Assembly: GCA_016219595.1 (NCBI GenBank)
Contig: JACRLY010000035.1
Span: forward strand, 1 to 63,231
Source of the DNA: Ignavibacteriota bacterium
GTDB lineage: Bacteria; Bacteroidota; Ignavibacteria; Kapaibacteriales; UBA2268
Reading direction: 5' to 3'
Length of the DNA: 63,231 nt
The translations under genes were made by a program, and so were the position numbers. Shown here piece by piece: positions 27,248-37,072 of the stretch (positions are counted from its first letter, which is position 1; each line of letters starts with the position of its first letter). The notes below the pieces were generated by a model, which ran no database searches, was not told the DNA's origin, and saw nothing but the letters and a program-made list of their open reading frames with translations.

Positions 27248-30200
27248 TTATTTAATCAAATCTATTTGTATCGTCTTAATCCAATTCTTCGTTTTCACCA
27301 CGCACACATATGCTCCCGTACCACATTTATTGCCATTATTGTCAGTGCCATCCCAACTTAAAGTTTTGATACCATTAGTAAATAATTGTCTATCAAAGGA
27401 TTTTACGACATTACCTATTAAATCATAGATACCGACTTCAATACCGGTTTCATTTTGAATATTAAATTCAAAATTGACCGTATTTCCTGATGGATTAGGA
27501 TAAGATTTAAATCCATCATTTGAAAAGTCATTGTCATCAACACCTAAAATTATACCAACACCATTTAACTGAATCTGAATATCATTTGACTGATTTTGTA
27601 CTTTGATATCCAATGTTGCAGCACACATTAACGGCATCATAGGATTGAATTCTACAACAATTTCTTTTGAGCCACCCGAATCAATTTTAAAGGAACCGGT
27701 TTGTGTATTTATTTTGAAAAAGCTTGAATTGGAACCATTAATTTCCATACTCATAACATCAGCATCCATATTACCGGTATTATTTAATGTGAAATTATTA
27801 GTAACGGTAGTATTGGTTCCTGTTGTATCAAAATTGAGTGTGGTTTTAGAAGCTGAAACTGAAATAATTCCGCCAAAACCAGTTAAGTAAACATTATTAT
27901 CTTGTTTTGAATTACTTGCAAATTTCAAAGTTGCTACCTTCAACCCACCTGATACGGGTGAGAATCTCAAATTGATATTTTTTGAATCGTTGGGCATCAA
28001 TGAAAATGGAACCGGATTTCCGACAATTGTGAATTCAGAACTATCAGAACCGGAAACACTGATTAGGTTAACATCAAGTTTTTCCGAACCGGTATTGGTA
28101 ATCATACTTGTAAGTAATGAATCTTTATCATTATTTACAATGATTTTACCAAAATTAACATTGTTAGTACTTACAGTCATTAATGGACCGGGACCTGCAG
28201 CCTGAACTGATAATTTTACAGCCTGACTTATAACATTACCACAGTCATTAATAACTTTGCAATCATAATTGCCTGAATCAGCTAACTGAACATTATTTAT
28301 TGAAAGTGATGCTGCAGTTTGACCACTAATATCAACAGTATTTTTTCTCCACTGATATGAAGTTGCGGAATTTGCAGTAACTGTAAATGTTGCATTAGCT
28401 CCAACTGTAACATTAAGTGGAAGCGGCTGATTTACAATAACCGGAGCTTCATTAACAGTAAGCTGAACAATATTGCTTGTTACAGGAGTATTACATGAAT
28501 TGTTTACAACAACTTTATAATTACCTGCATCATTAACTGCGGCTGAACCTATGGTATAGGATGAGAAATTTGAATTAGGAATTTCAACATCATTTTTATA
28601 CCATTTGTATGTAAGACTATCTCCTGTTGCAACTACCTGGAAAGAAGCAGGCTGACCAGTACAGACACTAACTGCATTCGGCTGAGTTGCAATTGCAGGT
28701 GAATTTTTAATTGTCAAAGTAGCTGCCTGGCTTGTTGCAGGTGGTGTGCAATCACCTGATACTTCAACAGTATATTGTCCTGCATCAACAGGCTGAGCAC
28801 TCGGTATAGAATAAGAAGCTGCTGTAGCTCCATTTATATTGGAACCATTCTTTTTCCATTGGTAAGTAATATTTGTACCTGTAGCAGTAACGTTAAAGCT
28901 AACAGGTAAATTCTGGCAAACAATTTGTGACTGAGGATGACCGGTAATAGACGGTAATTCTTTAAGTGAAAGAACAGCTGCCTGACTTGTCACCGGTGGT
29001 GTACAAGTTCCGGATACTTCAACAGTATATTGCCCTGCATCAGCAGCTTGTACATTGGTTAATGAATATGTAGATGCTGTTGCACCGTTTATATTAGTAC
29101 CATCTTTTTTCCACTGATAGGTTAAATTTGAACCTAAAGCAGTTACAGTAAAGTTGACATTCCCATTCTGGCAAACTGCTTGCGAAAGCGGTTGAACACT
29201 AATAGTCGGGCTTACGTTAACAGTCAGGGTAGCAGGATTACTTGTTACCGGTGTTCCACAAGAACTGTTTAAAACACAATCGTAAGAACCGGCATCACCA
29301 GCTGCAACTGAAGCAATATTGTAGGTACTTGCGTTAGCACCTGAAATGTTAGCTCCACTTTTTCTCCACTGATAAGTTAGTCCGTTTCCACTTGCAGTAA
29401 CAGAAAATTGTGCCGAAGAACCTAAACACACAGTAACGGGTTGAGGCTGGGCTGAAATTGATAATCCAGTAGCAATGCTAAAATTAGCATTTGAAACATC
29501 ATTGACTGTTGCATTGGCTTCATCTGTTATTTTTACTTTGTATAAACTTCCTGCAGATTGACCTGAAGGTATGTTCCAAGCCCATGTACCAGCTGAAGCT
29601 GTTACCCCGGTAGCAAGCGATGAGAATGTGCTTCCACCATCTGTTGAAAGTTCAATTTTCACAGTTGTAACGCCGGATGATGTCCATGTTACATTATGTT
29701 GTGTTCCACTACACCATGATTCTCCACCATTAGGAGCAGAAACGGTAATTGACCCTCCGGGAGCAGACACAGTCAAAGCTTGGACTGTCATCCAATTCCA
29801 GATGTCACCCGGGTCTTCAGAACCATCATTATTGACAGCGTTACCGATAGCTCTTAAATAATAAGTACCTGGTGTTGAAGGAGCTGTCAAGGTGAAATTG
29901 ACAGTTGCCTGCCCACCTGACATTGTAATTGGACTAATATGGATTAATTCTCCTCCAATGGTTTTTAATGCGGAACCAGGTGATAATGTACCTGCAGTTG
30001 TATTGCCTGTCTGAGTAGTTTTGACAGCAATATCAATACCCATTTTTGGTTTTGAAGAATGCGCCACTGTAACAGTAAATGAATTTACAGAACCGGGTGT
30101 AAATACATAGCTTCCGCTACCACTTGTATTTGTCACTGTAGTAGCAGAGCTTGCATTGTTGCTATGACAATCGCACCCACTGGATGTTGTCGATGTTTTT

Positions 30201-30325
30201 CCGGCAATGCCATCCTGATTTGAATACAGACTGATACTAAACCAAAAAACTAAAGCTGATAGTATCATTATGTATTTTAAATTAAGAACTTTATTCTTAA
30301 TTTTATTTTGTTTTTTAATGCACAT
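27248..30325 (-). CDS. T9SS-sorted multidomain surface protein A
   Basis: 1025 aa. Order: signal/anchor helix; conserved GIAGKTS..GCDCHS module; VSAPNGGESWC... beta-sandwich; 5 Ig-like repeats (...TYQW(R/K)K.G..I.GAT...Y......DAG.Y.V.V...C...); 2 ASH/choice-of-anchor-D-like domains (...NFGKIIV...ITNTGSEKLDV...FSP..GG..AT); C-terminal T9SS sorting domain (SYPNPSGNTVNFEF...IYDLIGNVV...GAYVCVV). Confidence 0.8.
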   Translation of the reverse strand: MCIKKQNKIKNKVLNLKYIMILSALVFWFSISLYSNQDGIAGKTSTTSSGCDCHSNNASSATTVTNTSGSGSYVFTPGSVNSFTVTVAHSSKPKMGIDIAVKTTQTGNTTAGTLSPGSALKTIGGELIHISPITMSGGQATVNFTLTAPSTPGTYYLRAIGNAVNNDGSEDPGDIWNWMTVQALTVSAPGGSITVSAPNGGESWCSGTQHNVTWTSSGVTTVKIELSTDGGSTFSSLATGVTASAGTWAWNIPSGQSAGSLYKVKITDEANATVNDVSNANFSIATGLSISAQPQPVTVCLGSSAQFSVTASGNGLTYQWRKSGANISGANASTYNIASVAAGDAGSYDCVLNSSCGTPVTSNPATLTVNVSPTISVQPLSQAVCQNGNVNFTVTALGSNLTYQWKKDGTNINGATASTYSLTNVQAADAGQYTVEVSGTCTPPVTSQAAVLSLKELPSITGHPQSQIVCQNLPVSFNVTATGTNITYQWKKNGSNINGATAASYSIPSAQPVDAGQYTVEVSGDCTPPATSQAATLTIKNSPAIATQPNAVSVCTGQPASFQVVATGDSLTYKWYKNDVEIPNSNFSSYTIGSAAVNDAGNYKVVVNNSCNTPVTSNIVQLTVNEAPVIVNQPLPLNVTVGANATFTVTANSATSYQWRKNTVDISGQTAASLSINNVQLADSGNYDCKVINDCGNVISQAVKLSVQAAGPGPLMTVSTNNVNFGKIIVNNDKDSLLTSMITNTGSEKLDVNLISVSGSDSSEFTIVGNPVPFSLMPNDSKNINLRFSPVSGGLKVATLKFASNSKQDNNVYLTGFGGIISVSASKTTLNFDTTGTNTTVTNNFTLNNTGNMDADVMSMEINGSNSSFFKINTQTGSFKIDSGGSKEIVVEFNPMMPLMCAATLDIKVQNQSNDIQIQLNGVGIILGVDDNDFSNDGFKSYPNPSGNTVNFEFNIQNETGIEVGIYDLIGNVVKSFDRQLFTNGIKTLSWDGTDNNGNKCGTGAYVCVVKTKNWIKTIQIDLIK
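28706..29215 (-). repeat. Intragenic tandem duplication: Ig repeats 2 and 3 of cargo A (2 x ~255 nt)
   Basis: aa 371-455 and 456-540 share ...VCQN..V.F.VTA.G.N.TYQWKK.G.NINGATA..YS......DAGQYTVEVSG.CTPP.TSQAA.L..K. Paralog B has a single copy, which accounts for the 89-aa length difference. Confidence 0.75.
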
Positions 30326-30518
30326 ATAGACCCCCCTTTGAATGTTTAAAATATTTAAATGAAATGTAATTTTTAATTAGTATAAACTAATTGTTGGGCA
30401 TTAAGACTCATTTATTTTGATTTTATTTTAGCAAAAAAAAATTTTTTTCACACCAAATTTATTATTGAAGTGCTTAGTTATCATTTGATTAAAAAAAAAT
30501 TATTTTTTAGCTTTAACT

Positions 30519-30552
30519 AAAAAAATCCCTTTCTAAATTAATAGAAAGGGAT
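30519..30552 (-). terminator. Rho-independent terminator of cargo gene B
   Basis: atccctttcta-aattaa-tagaaagggat (11 bp), followed on the minus strand by T7. Confidence 0.8.
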
Positions 30553-30572
30553 TGTATTAAGTGTATAATTTT

Positions 30573-33383
30573 TTATTTTATTAAACTGAAATTCAGTGTT
30601 TTTATTGAATTATTAGATTTGATTACGCAAATATATGAACCTGAATTACATTTATTGCCATTGGAATCACTTCCGTCCCAAATAATATTACTATTTCCTG
30701 TTGTAATATTGTTGATTACAAATGATTTTACAATATTACCCAATATGTCATATATATTAATTTCAATATGATTATCATTAAGATTATTGAATATAATATT
30801 TACATTATCATTCGTTGGATTTGGATATGACGATATATTATAATCAGAAAAAACCTGATTTTCTACACCAAGGATATAGCCGATTCCATTTAATTGAATC
30901 TGCAAATCTTCGGGTTTATTTTCAACTTTTATATTTAATAAAGCTGATGCTAAACCTTCGGATAAAGGATTGAATGAAATCAAAAGTTCTTTGGATGCTC
31001 CGGAATCAATTGTAAATGGAACTTCAGGTGATTCAATTTTAAAATATGAAGCCTGTGGTCCAGTTATTTGCAATTGAAGGATTTGAACAGCAATATTACC
31101 TTTGTTGTCCATTACAAGTGAACTTTGAACCATTGAATTTGTATCGGTAGAATCAAATTTTATATCTGATTTTGATAGCACAATATCGATAATAGCACCA
31201 AAACCGTTAAGTTTAATAGTTGTATCTTTTATTGAATTACTGCTGAATTTAACTGTTCCCGATTTATTTCCACCCGTTAATGGTGAAAATCTAAATGTAA
31301 TATTTTTAGTTTCATTTGGTTGTAATGAAAATGGAGCAGGATTACTAACAATCGAAAATGAAGCACTGTCTTTTCCGACAATACTTATCGAATTAATATC
31401 AAGTTTTTCGGACCCTGTATTTTTTATTAATCCAGTGAAAGCCGAATCTTTATTTTCACCGGTATATTCCGTACCAAAATCAATTTGGTAGTTACTGAGA
31501 GTCATTTTTGGTCCGGCTCCGACCGGCATCACTGTTAATTTAACTGCGAGACTTGTATCTTTACCACAATCATTTGAAACAATACAGTCATAATTGCCGG
31601 AATCAGCAAGTTGGACATTATTCAGAGTGAGAGTTGAAGCAGTTTTACCTGTTAATACATTATTATTTTTCCTCCACTGGTATCCGGTCGCCGAATTTGC
31701 TGTGATAGTGAACGACGCATTTGCTCCAACATCAACTTTTTGTGCTTCAGGCTGATTCAATATAAATGGAATTTCATTAATAGTTAATAATGCTTTTCGA
31801 CTCATTGTTTGGGGAGTACAAGCGTTACTGATAACTACATGATAATTTCCTGCATCATTATTAGTTACTGTTGTTATACCATAAGAAGGTGAATTAGAAT
31901 TAGGAATTTCAACATCATTTTTAAACCATTTATAAGTATTATTTACACCCGAAGAAATAACACTGAAAACAGCCGGTTTGCCAAGGCAAACATCAATTGA
32001 ATCAGGTTCTTTACTTATAACAGGTGAAGTATTAATAGTAAGAACAGCAGACTGACTTGTTTTAGAAGGGGTACATTTACCCGATACCTCAACAGTATAT
32101 TGCCCGGCATCAGTAGTTTGAACATTATTTATCGAATATGTTATGCCTGTTGCTCCACCAATATTAGTTCCGTTTTTCTTCCACTGATAGGTAATGTCAG
32201 TGCCAACTGCAGTTACAGTAAAACTGACATTCTCATTTTTACATATAGTTTGTGATTGCGGCTGGGCTGTAATAGAAGGAGTAATATCAACAGCCAGTGT
32301 GGCCGGATTACTTGTAACAGGACTTCCGCATGCACTGCTGACGACGCAATCATAAACACCTGCATCGCTTGTCTTTACTGAAGCTATCATATAAGTACTT
32401 GAAGTTGCACCACTGATATTTGCACCACTTTTTCTCCATTGATAAGTCAACCCACCGCCAGAAGCAGTAACTGAAAATTGTGCCGAATGTTCGGTGCATA
32501 TAGTTACAGATTGAGGTTGGGCTGTGATTGACAAACCTGATGCAACAGAAAAACTTGCGTTAGATTCATCTTTCCTGTTTGCATTTGTTTCATCAGTTAC
32601 CCTGATTTTATATTGATTACCTGCAGTTTGTCCGGCAGGTATATCCCAAGCCCAACTGCCTGAAGCGGCTGAGATGCCCGATACCAGGGGAGTATAAGAA
32701 CTTCCGCCATTATTTGATATTTCAATTTTTACAGTTGTTATTCCAATTGATGTCCATGTAATATTATGAGTCGTTCCTGCACACCATGATTCCCCACCAT
32801 TTGGTGCCGAAACAGTAACACCTGCAACCATTACCTGTTGTACTGTCATCCAGTTCCAGATGTCAGCTGGGTCAGCAGAAAAATTATTATTAACTGCATT
32901 GGAAATAGCCCTGAGATAATAAGTTCCGGGTGCTGAAGGTGCAGTCCATGTAAAATTGACTGTTGCCTGTCCGCCGGATAATGTGATTGCATCACTATGT
33001 GTAAGTTCACCGCCAATGTTTTGTAAACCCGAACCAGGATTGAGTGAACCGGCATTTGTACTACCTGTTTGGTCGGTTTTGACTGCAATATTTACACCAC
33101 AGGCGGGTTGAGATGCATGATTGACAGTAATCGAAAATGAATTTGTTGAATTTGGGTCAAAAATATAGCTCCCGCTGCCACTAGTATTGGATAAAGTCAC
33201 GGATGAATTTGAACTCGAACTATGACATGTACATCCTCCTCCCGATGTAGATGTCCTGCCTGTAATTCCTGCCCTGTGGGCATAAGATGCCAAACTCAAC
33301 CATATAGCAATAAATGCAATAATTGTAAGGTATTTTATTTTTGAATACCTGTTCCTCTTTTTAGTATAAGTAATAAACCTCAT
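30573..33383 (-). CDS. T9SS-sorted multidomain surface protein B (paralog of A)
   Basis: 936 aa, co-linear with A: GITGRTS..GCTCHS module at the same residue numbers (C51-H54), the same beta-sandwich, 4 Ig-like repeats, 2 ASH-like domains and a T9SS C-terminal domain (SYPNPTNDNVNIIF...IYDILGNIV...GSYICVI). Confidence 0.8.
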   Translation of the reverse strand: MRFITYTKKRNRYSKIKYLTIIAFIAIWLSLASYAHRAGITGRTSTSGGGCTCHSSSSNSSVTLSNTSGSGSYIFDPNSTNSFSITVNHASQPACGVNIAVKTDQTGSTNAGSLNPGSGLQNIGGELTHSDAITLSGGQATVNFTWTAPSAPGTYYLRAISNAVNNNFSADPADIWNWMTVQQVMVAGVTVSAPNGGESWCAGTTHNITWTSIGITTVKIEISNNGGSSYTPLVSGISAASGSWAWDIPAGQTAGNQYKIRVTDETNANRKDESNASFSVASGLSITAQPQSVTICTEHSAQFSVTASGGGLTYQWRKSGANISGATSSTYMIASVKTSDAGVYDCVVSSACGSPVTSNPATLAVDITPSITAQPQSQTICKNENVSFTVTAVGTDITYQWKKNGTNIGGATGITYSINNVQTTDAGQYTVEVSGKCTPSKTSQSAVLTINTSPVISKEPDSIDVCLGKPAVFSVISSGVNNTYKWFKNDVEIPNSNSPSYGITTVTNNDAGNYHVVISNACTPQTMSRKALLTINEIPFILNQPEAQKVDVGANASFTITANSATGYQWRKNNNVLTGKTASTLTLNNVQLADSGNYDCIVSNDCGKDTSLAVKLTVMPVGAGPKMTLSNYQIDFGTEYTGENKDSAFTGLIKNTGSEKLDINSISIVGKDSASFSIVSNPAPFSLQPNETKNITFRFSPLTGGNKSGTVKFSSNSIKDTTIKLNGFGAIIDIVLSKSDIKFDSTDTNSMVQSSLVMDNKGNIAVQILQLQITGPQASYFKIESPEVPFTIDSGASKELLISFNPLSEGLASALLNIKVENKPEDLQIQLNGIGYILGVENQVFSDYNISSYPNPTNDNVNIIFNNLNDNHIEINIYDILGNIVKSFVINNITTGNSNIIWDGSDSNGNKCNSGSYICVIKSNNSIKTLNFSLIK

Positions 33384-33561
33384 AAATCTCCCTTTGAAAA
33401 ATTAATGGAAATTAATTATTCCTAAGATAATTCTTAGTTAACCCTAAATTGTTTGACTACTTTATGAGTGTTTTATTTTTGAACCGGAGAATTTTTTTTC
33501 TATTTGTTATGTTTATAATGAATTTTTCTTATCTTATATGTAATCATTGTGTTGGTATTTC

Positions 33562-34662
33562 TCACGAACAGGTTAATATCATGTGAATGTCATCACCACT
33601 TAAATCGGAAGAAACAAGTTTCATATTGGTAGCATAAGCAAGACGGCTAATATTATATTTATCGAATGAATGAATTCCATTTCCAATTATTTTCGGAGAA
33701 ATAAATACATGTAGCTCATCGATTAAATTAGTTCTTGCAAATGAAGAGAAGATACCTGCTCCTCCTTCGACTAAAACAGACCCAATCCTGTAGTCAGAGT
33801 ATAAAGATTTTAGGATTGATTTCAGATTCAACCTTGAATCATCATCTTCATCTACAGCTAAAATATTTATCCAGGAAGCCCTGAAATTTTCTGCTTTTTT
33901 TGAATGTCGAAAATTCTCATGACATACAATTATCACTTTGTATTTCTCATTATCGCTAAAAACTTTATTTGAAAGAGACAAAGAAAGTTCCGAATCGAGA
34001 ATAATTCTGAAAGGATTTCTGCCCGTTACATTACGGACAGTAAGACTTGGATTATCAATTTCAGCAGTTCTTTTTCCAATAAGGACAGCATCTACAAAAG
34101 CCCTGAGACGGTGAGTCCTGTTGCGGCTTTCTTCACCGGAAATCCATTGTGATTCACCTTTGGCTGTTGCTATACATCCGTCAATCGATTGAGCAATTTT
34201 TAAAATCACATAGGGCATTTCAGTCGTTATATGTTTAATAAAAAATCTGTTCAACCATCGGCAATCACTTTCGAGAATACCAGTCTGAATTTCAATTCCT
34301 GCATTTTTAAGAATATCAATACCGCTTCCGCTTACACTGGGATTAGGGTCTTTTATTCCGATAATGACTTTAGAAAATTTCTTTTCAATTATTGCTGAAG
34401 TGCAGGGAGGGGTTTTTCCCTGATGGGAACAAGGCTCCAGATTTACTACTAATGTGCTGCCTTCTAAATCAATTCCAGAGGCATTATCTATTGCATCTAT
34501 TTCTGCATGTTTACCACCGAATTTGTGATGCCAACCTTCTGAAATTATCTCATCATTTTTAATAATAACAGCTCCAACCAACGGGTTGGGAGAGACATAC
34601 CCGCTTCCGTTCAGGGCTAAGACAATAGCCCTTCTCATTGCATTTTCATTTGTCATTATCAC
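33562..34662 (-). CDS. ribD: Bifunctional riboflavin biosynthesis deaminase/reductase RibD
   Basis: HAEIDAI and PCSHQGKTPPC (CMP/dCMP-type zinc deaminase), plus a C-terminal RibD reductase domain (...VLVEGGAGI...). Confidence 0.9.
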   Translation of the reverse strand: MIMTNENAMRRAIVLALNGSGYVSPNPLVGAVIIKNDEIISEGWHHKFGGKHAEIDAIDNASGIDLEGSTLVVNLEPCSHQGKTPPCTSAIIEKKFSKVIIGIKDPNPSVSGSGIDILKNAGIEIQTGILESDCRWLNRFFIKHITTEMPYVILKIAQSIDGCIATAKGESQWISGEESRNRTHRLRAFVDAVLIGKRTAEIDNPSLTVRNVTGRNPFRIILDSELSLSLSNKVFSDNEKYKVIIVCHENFRHSKKAENFRASWINILAVDEDDDSRLNLKSILKSLYSDYRIGSVLVEGGAGIFSSFARTNLIDELHVFISPKIIGNGIHSFDKYNISRLAYATNMKLVSSDLSGDDIHMILTCS

Positions 34663-35485
34663 CGGCTTTCCATTTAAAAGTCATAGATGCTGTATAAGAT
34701 TGAGGTTTCGATGGAATAGTCATCCTTAAAGTATATACTCCGGGTATTAAAGGGATTTGGTTAGAACTATTTCCATTCCATTCGACAGTATATTTATACG
34801 TTTCACCAATTGATTTTGGTAAAACCGGTTTAATAACCTGGAGAAAATTAAATCCGAGTCCTGAACTCCAGACAATAGCACCTTTATGATTTAAAATATC
34901 AACTCTGAATGTTTCAGAAGTAGGCAGATATTCATTTTCGATAATTTTATTCCTTTTAGCGATAACACCGAAAACAGCAGAATTAAAAGTTTGGTTTTCA
35001 ATAAAAGGCTCTAAAGTAATAGCAGGTGATTCTTCATCTGTTTCAGAATATAAATCCGAATATCTTTTAGTCATATCATAATACTTATTAATTGCAAAAA
35101 TTTTGAATCTGAATTTAAGTTCTTTCAAATTAATATCACCAGGCAATATCCAATTTACTGAACCGGAAACAGTAAGGGTTTTCTGAATATTTTTGTCTGT
35201 AGTTCCTTTTAAGTCAAGCTGTCCGAAATTCAATTTATGTATTACAGAATCTTCCGGGTTAATGATTTCAAGAATAACCGAAGTTATAGTATTTACAAAA
35301 TCAAATTTATCCTGACTTTCATCTTTATTTGCTGTGAGATTGAAATTAAAAACAGCTTCACCAGCGTGAGTCTGTAATTTGATTTCAGGTAAATAGGGTG
35401 GTGGATTTTTATCAATTATTTTTGTAGTACCGCAGCTTGATAAAAGTATTATTAATACAATTAATGCAAAAAAATGTTTAGGCAT
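34646..35485 (-). CDS. Hypothetical lipoprotein
   Basis: 279 aa. Lipobox LLSSCG. Its 3' end overlaps the ribD start by 17 nt. No confident domain; the C-terminal beta-rich region is faintly BsuPI-inhibitor-like. Confidence 0.55.
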   Translation of the reverse strand: MPKHFFALIVLIILLSSCGTTKIIDKNPPPYLPEIKLQTHAGEAVFNFNLTANKDESQDKFDFVNTITSVILEIINPEDSVIHKLNFGQLDLKGTTDKNIQKTLTVSGSVNWILPGDINLKELKFRFKIFAINKYYDMTKRYSDLYSETDEESPAITLEPFIENQTFNSAVFGVIAKRNKIIENEYLPTSETFRVDILNHKGAIVWSSGLGFNFLQVIKPVLPKSIGETYKYTVEWNGNSSNQIPLIPGVYTLRMTIPSKPQSYTASMTFKWKAGDNDK

Positions 35486-35582
35486 AAAATTTGTTTGAAA
35501 TATTTAAAAAAATAATTAATTCAATTAGTAATAACGATTATTCTATTTTTTAATTTACCAATAATATCAGAAAAATAAAATT

Positions 35583-36353
35583 ATGATTAGATTCTTATTT
35601 TTAATTGTCGTATTCCAAATTATTATAGTAAAAATTGTTTTCTCCCAGGGTTCTGCAGGAGAAAAAGCAAGATATGAATCACAATATATTGTCAATATGC
35701 CTAATGCAGGATTAGTACCAAAAAGTTCTTTCTCATTTAATGCAAATATTTTTGAGAATTCGGGAGTACTTATGGTATTAAATACTTCTCCATTCTCAAG
35801 CTTCAATTTAGGATTGAGTTATGGCGGTTCTAATATATTAGGTAACCAGGAAATAACCTGGCAAAATTTACCCGGTATTCAAGTAAGAATAAGACTTTTT
35901 GACGAATCAATCAGTTTACCGGCAATAATGATAGGATTTATATCGCAAGGCAGCGGTGTTTATTTATCGCAATTGAAAAGATTTCAAAATATGTCAGCAG
36001 GGTTTTTTCTATCGGGGAGTAAATTTTATAAGTGGAAAATCGGTTCAATCGGTTTTCACGGAGGCATAAATTATTCAATTGAACCTTCTTTTAGTGACAG
36101 AAATCCGAATTTTTATTGTGGAATTGAACAATTTATTGGTAACAGAGGTTCAATTAACGTTGAATATAATGCAAATCTAGATGAGAAACCGAATATGGTA
36201 ATAGATAAAAGAGGTTTGTTAAACTTATCACTAAGATACGGCTTTACACAAAATATGACAATTGATTTTCAGTTTATTGACTTGCTGAATCACATTAAAG
36301 GAGGTAAAGGTGCATTAAGGAGATTAGGTATTGAATATATTGATTCATTTTAA
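35583..36353 (+). CDS. Hypothetical outer-membrane beta-barrel protein
   Basis: Signal peptide, alternating beta-strand-like pattern, C-terminal ...GIEYIDSF ending in Phe. Confidence 0.5.
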   Translation: MIRFLFLIVVFQIIIVKIVFSQGSAGEKARYESQYIVNMPNAGLVPKSSFSFNANIFENSGVLMVLNTSPFSSFNLGLSYGGSNILGNQEITWQNLPGIQVRIRLFDESISLPAIMIGFISQGSGVYLSQLKRFQNMSAGFFLSGSKFYKWKIGSIGFHGGINYSIEPSFSDRNPNFYCGIEQFIGNRGSINVEYNANLDEKPNMVIDKRGLLNLSLRYGFTQNMTIDFQFIDLLNHIKGGKGALRRLGIEYIDSF

Positions 36354-36374
36354 AAATTTTTCAATATTCACAAT

Positions 36375-37055
36375 TTAAAACCAACTATCAATATTATAGA
36401 AAATACCAATTATATCTGAACTGTTTGGTTTTTTCATATTAATTTCTTCTTCTCTCATGTAATACAACTGAATCTCATGATCTTTGTTTATTCTTAAATT
36501 ACAGCCAAGATAAAACCTGTAATTATCGAATCTATCACCCTTTTTATAATTTAACCTGTAAAATAATTCATAAGCTATGAATGGTCTTATTAATTTCGAT
36601 GCTTCGTATTCTAAGGTAACTTTATTTCTTATATGTTCCTGAGTTTGATTGAATTCCTCGAATTTTTTCTTATAGGTTAATTTATATGTGAAATCCAAAG
36701 GTTCAAAGTTGTACCTGAAATAGCCTTTTAAATATAATGCATGATTTGGTAATTCAGGTCTGACATGTAGCCTGTAAGTAGCTGCAACTTTAAAATATTT
36801 ATTAATTTTATATTTGAGACCTAAATCGGTGATTGCAGATTTTAATTGGCTAATTCCGTTATCAAATCTGAATTCTTCAGAAGGTTCGAAACTCAAATTT
36901 TCCCAAATCGGTATATCGATGGCAAAACCTGTCCATAATTCAGTATCTTTTTTCTGGGCATTAATTAATTGAAAGTTAAAGATGACAAATATAATCACTA
37001 ATATTAGTTTAAAATTTATTTTAAACTTGCTATTATTTATCAAATTTTCAAACAT
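36375..37055 (-). CDS. DUF2490-family outer-membrane protein
   Basis: Signal peptide. ...ELWTGFAIDIPIWENLSFEPSEEFRFDNG... and the C-terminal ...NIDSWF are typical of DUF2490, by eye. Confidence 0.6.
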   Translation of the reverse strand: MFENLINNSKFKINFKLILVIIFVIFNFQLINAQKKDTELWTGFAIDIPIWENLSFEPSEEFRFDNGISQLKSAITDLGLKYKINKYFKVAATYRLHVRPELPNHALYLKGYFRYNFEPLDFTYKLTYKKKFEEFNQTQEHIRNKVTLEYEASKLIRPFIAYELFYRLNYKKGDRFDNYRFYLGCNLRINKDHEIQLYYMREEEINMKKPNSSDIIGIFYNIDSWF

Positions 37056-37072
37056 ATCAATAATTATTAATA

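Noticed and set aside
30164-30175. C-D-C-H (and C-T-C-H at 33222..33233) as a c-type heme attachment site
   Set aside because: Heme c attachment needs CxxCH (rarely CxxxCH or CxxCK). Here only one residue separates the cysteines, so I report it only as a conserved Cys/His motif of unknown role.
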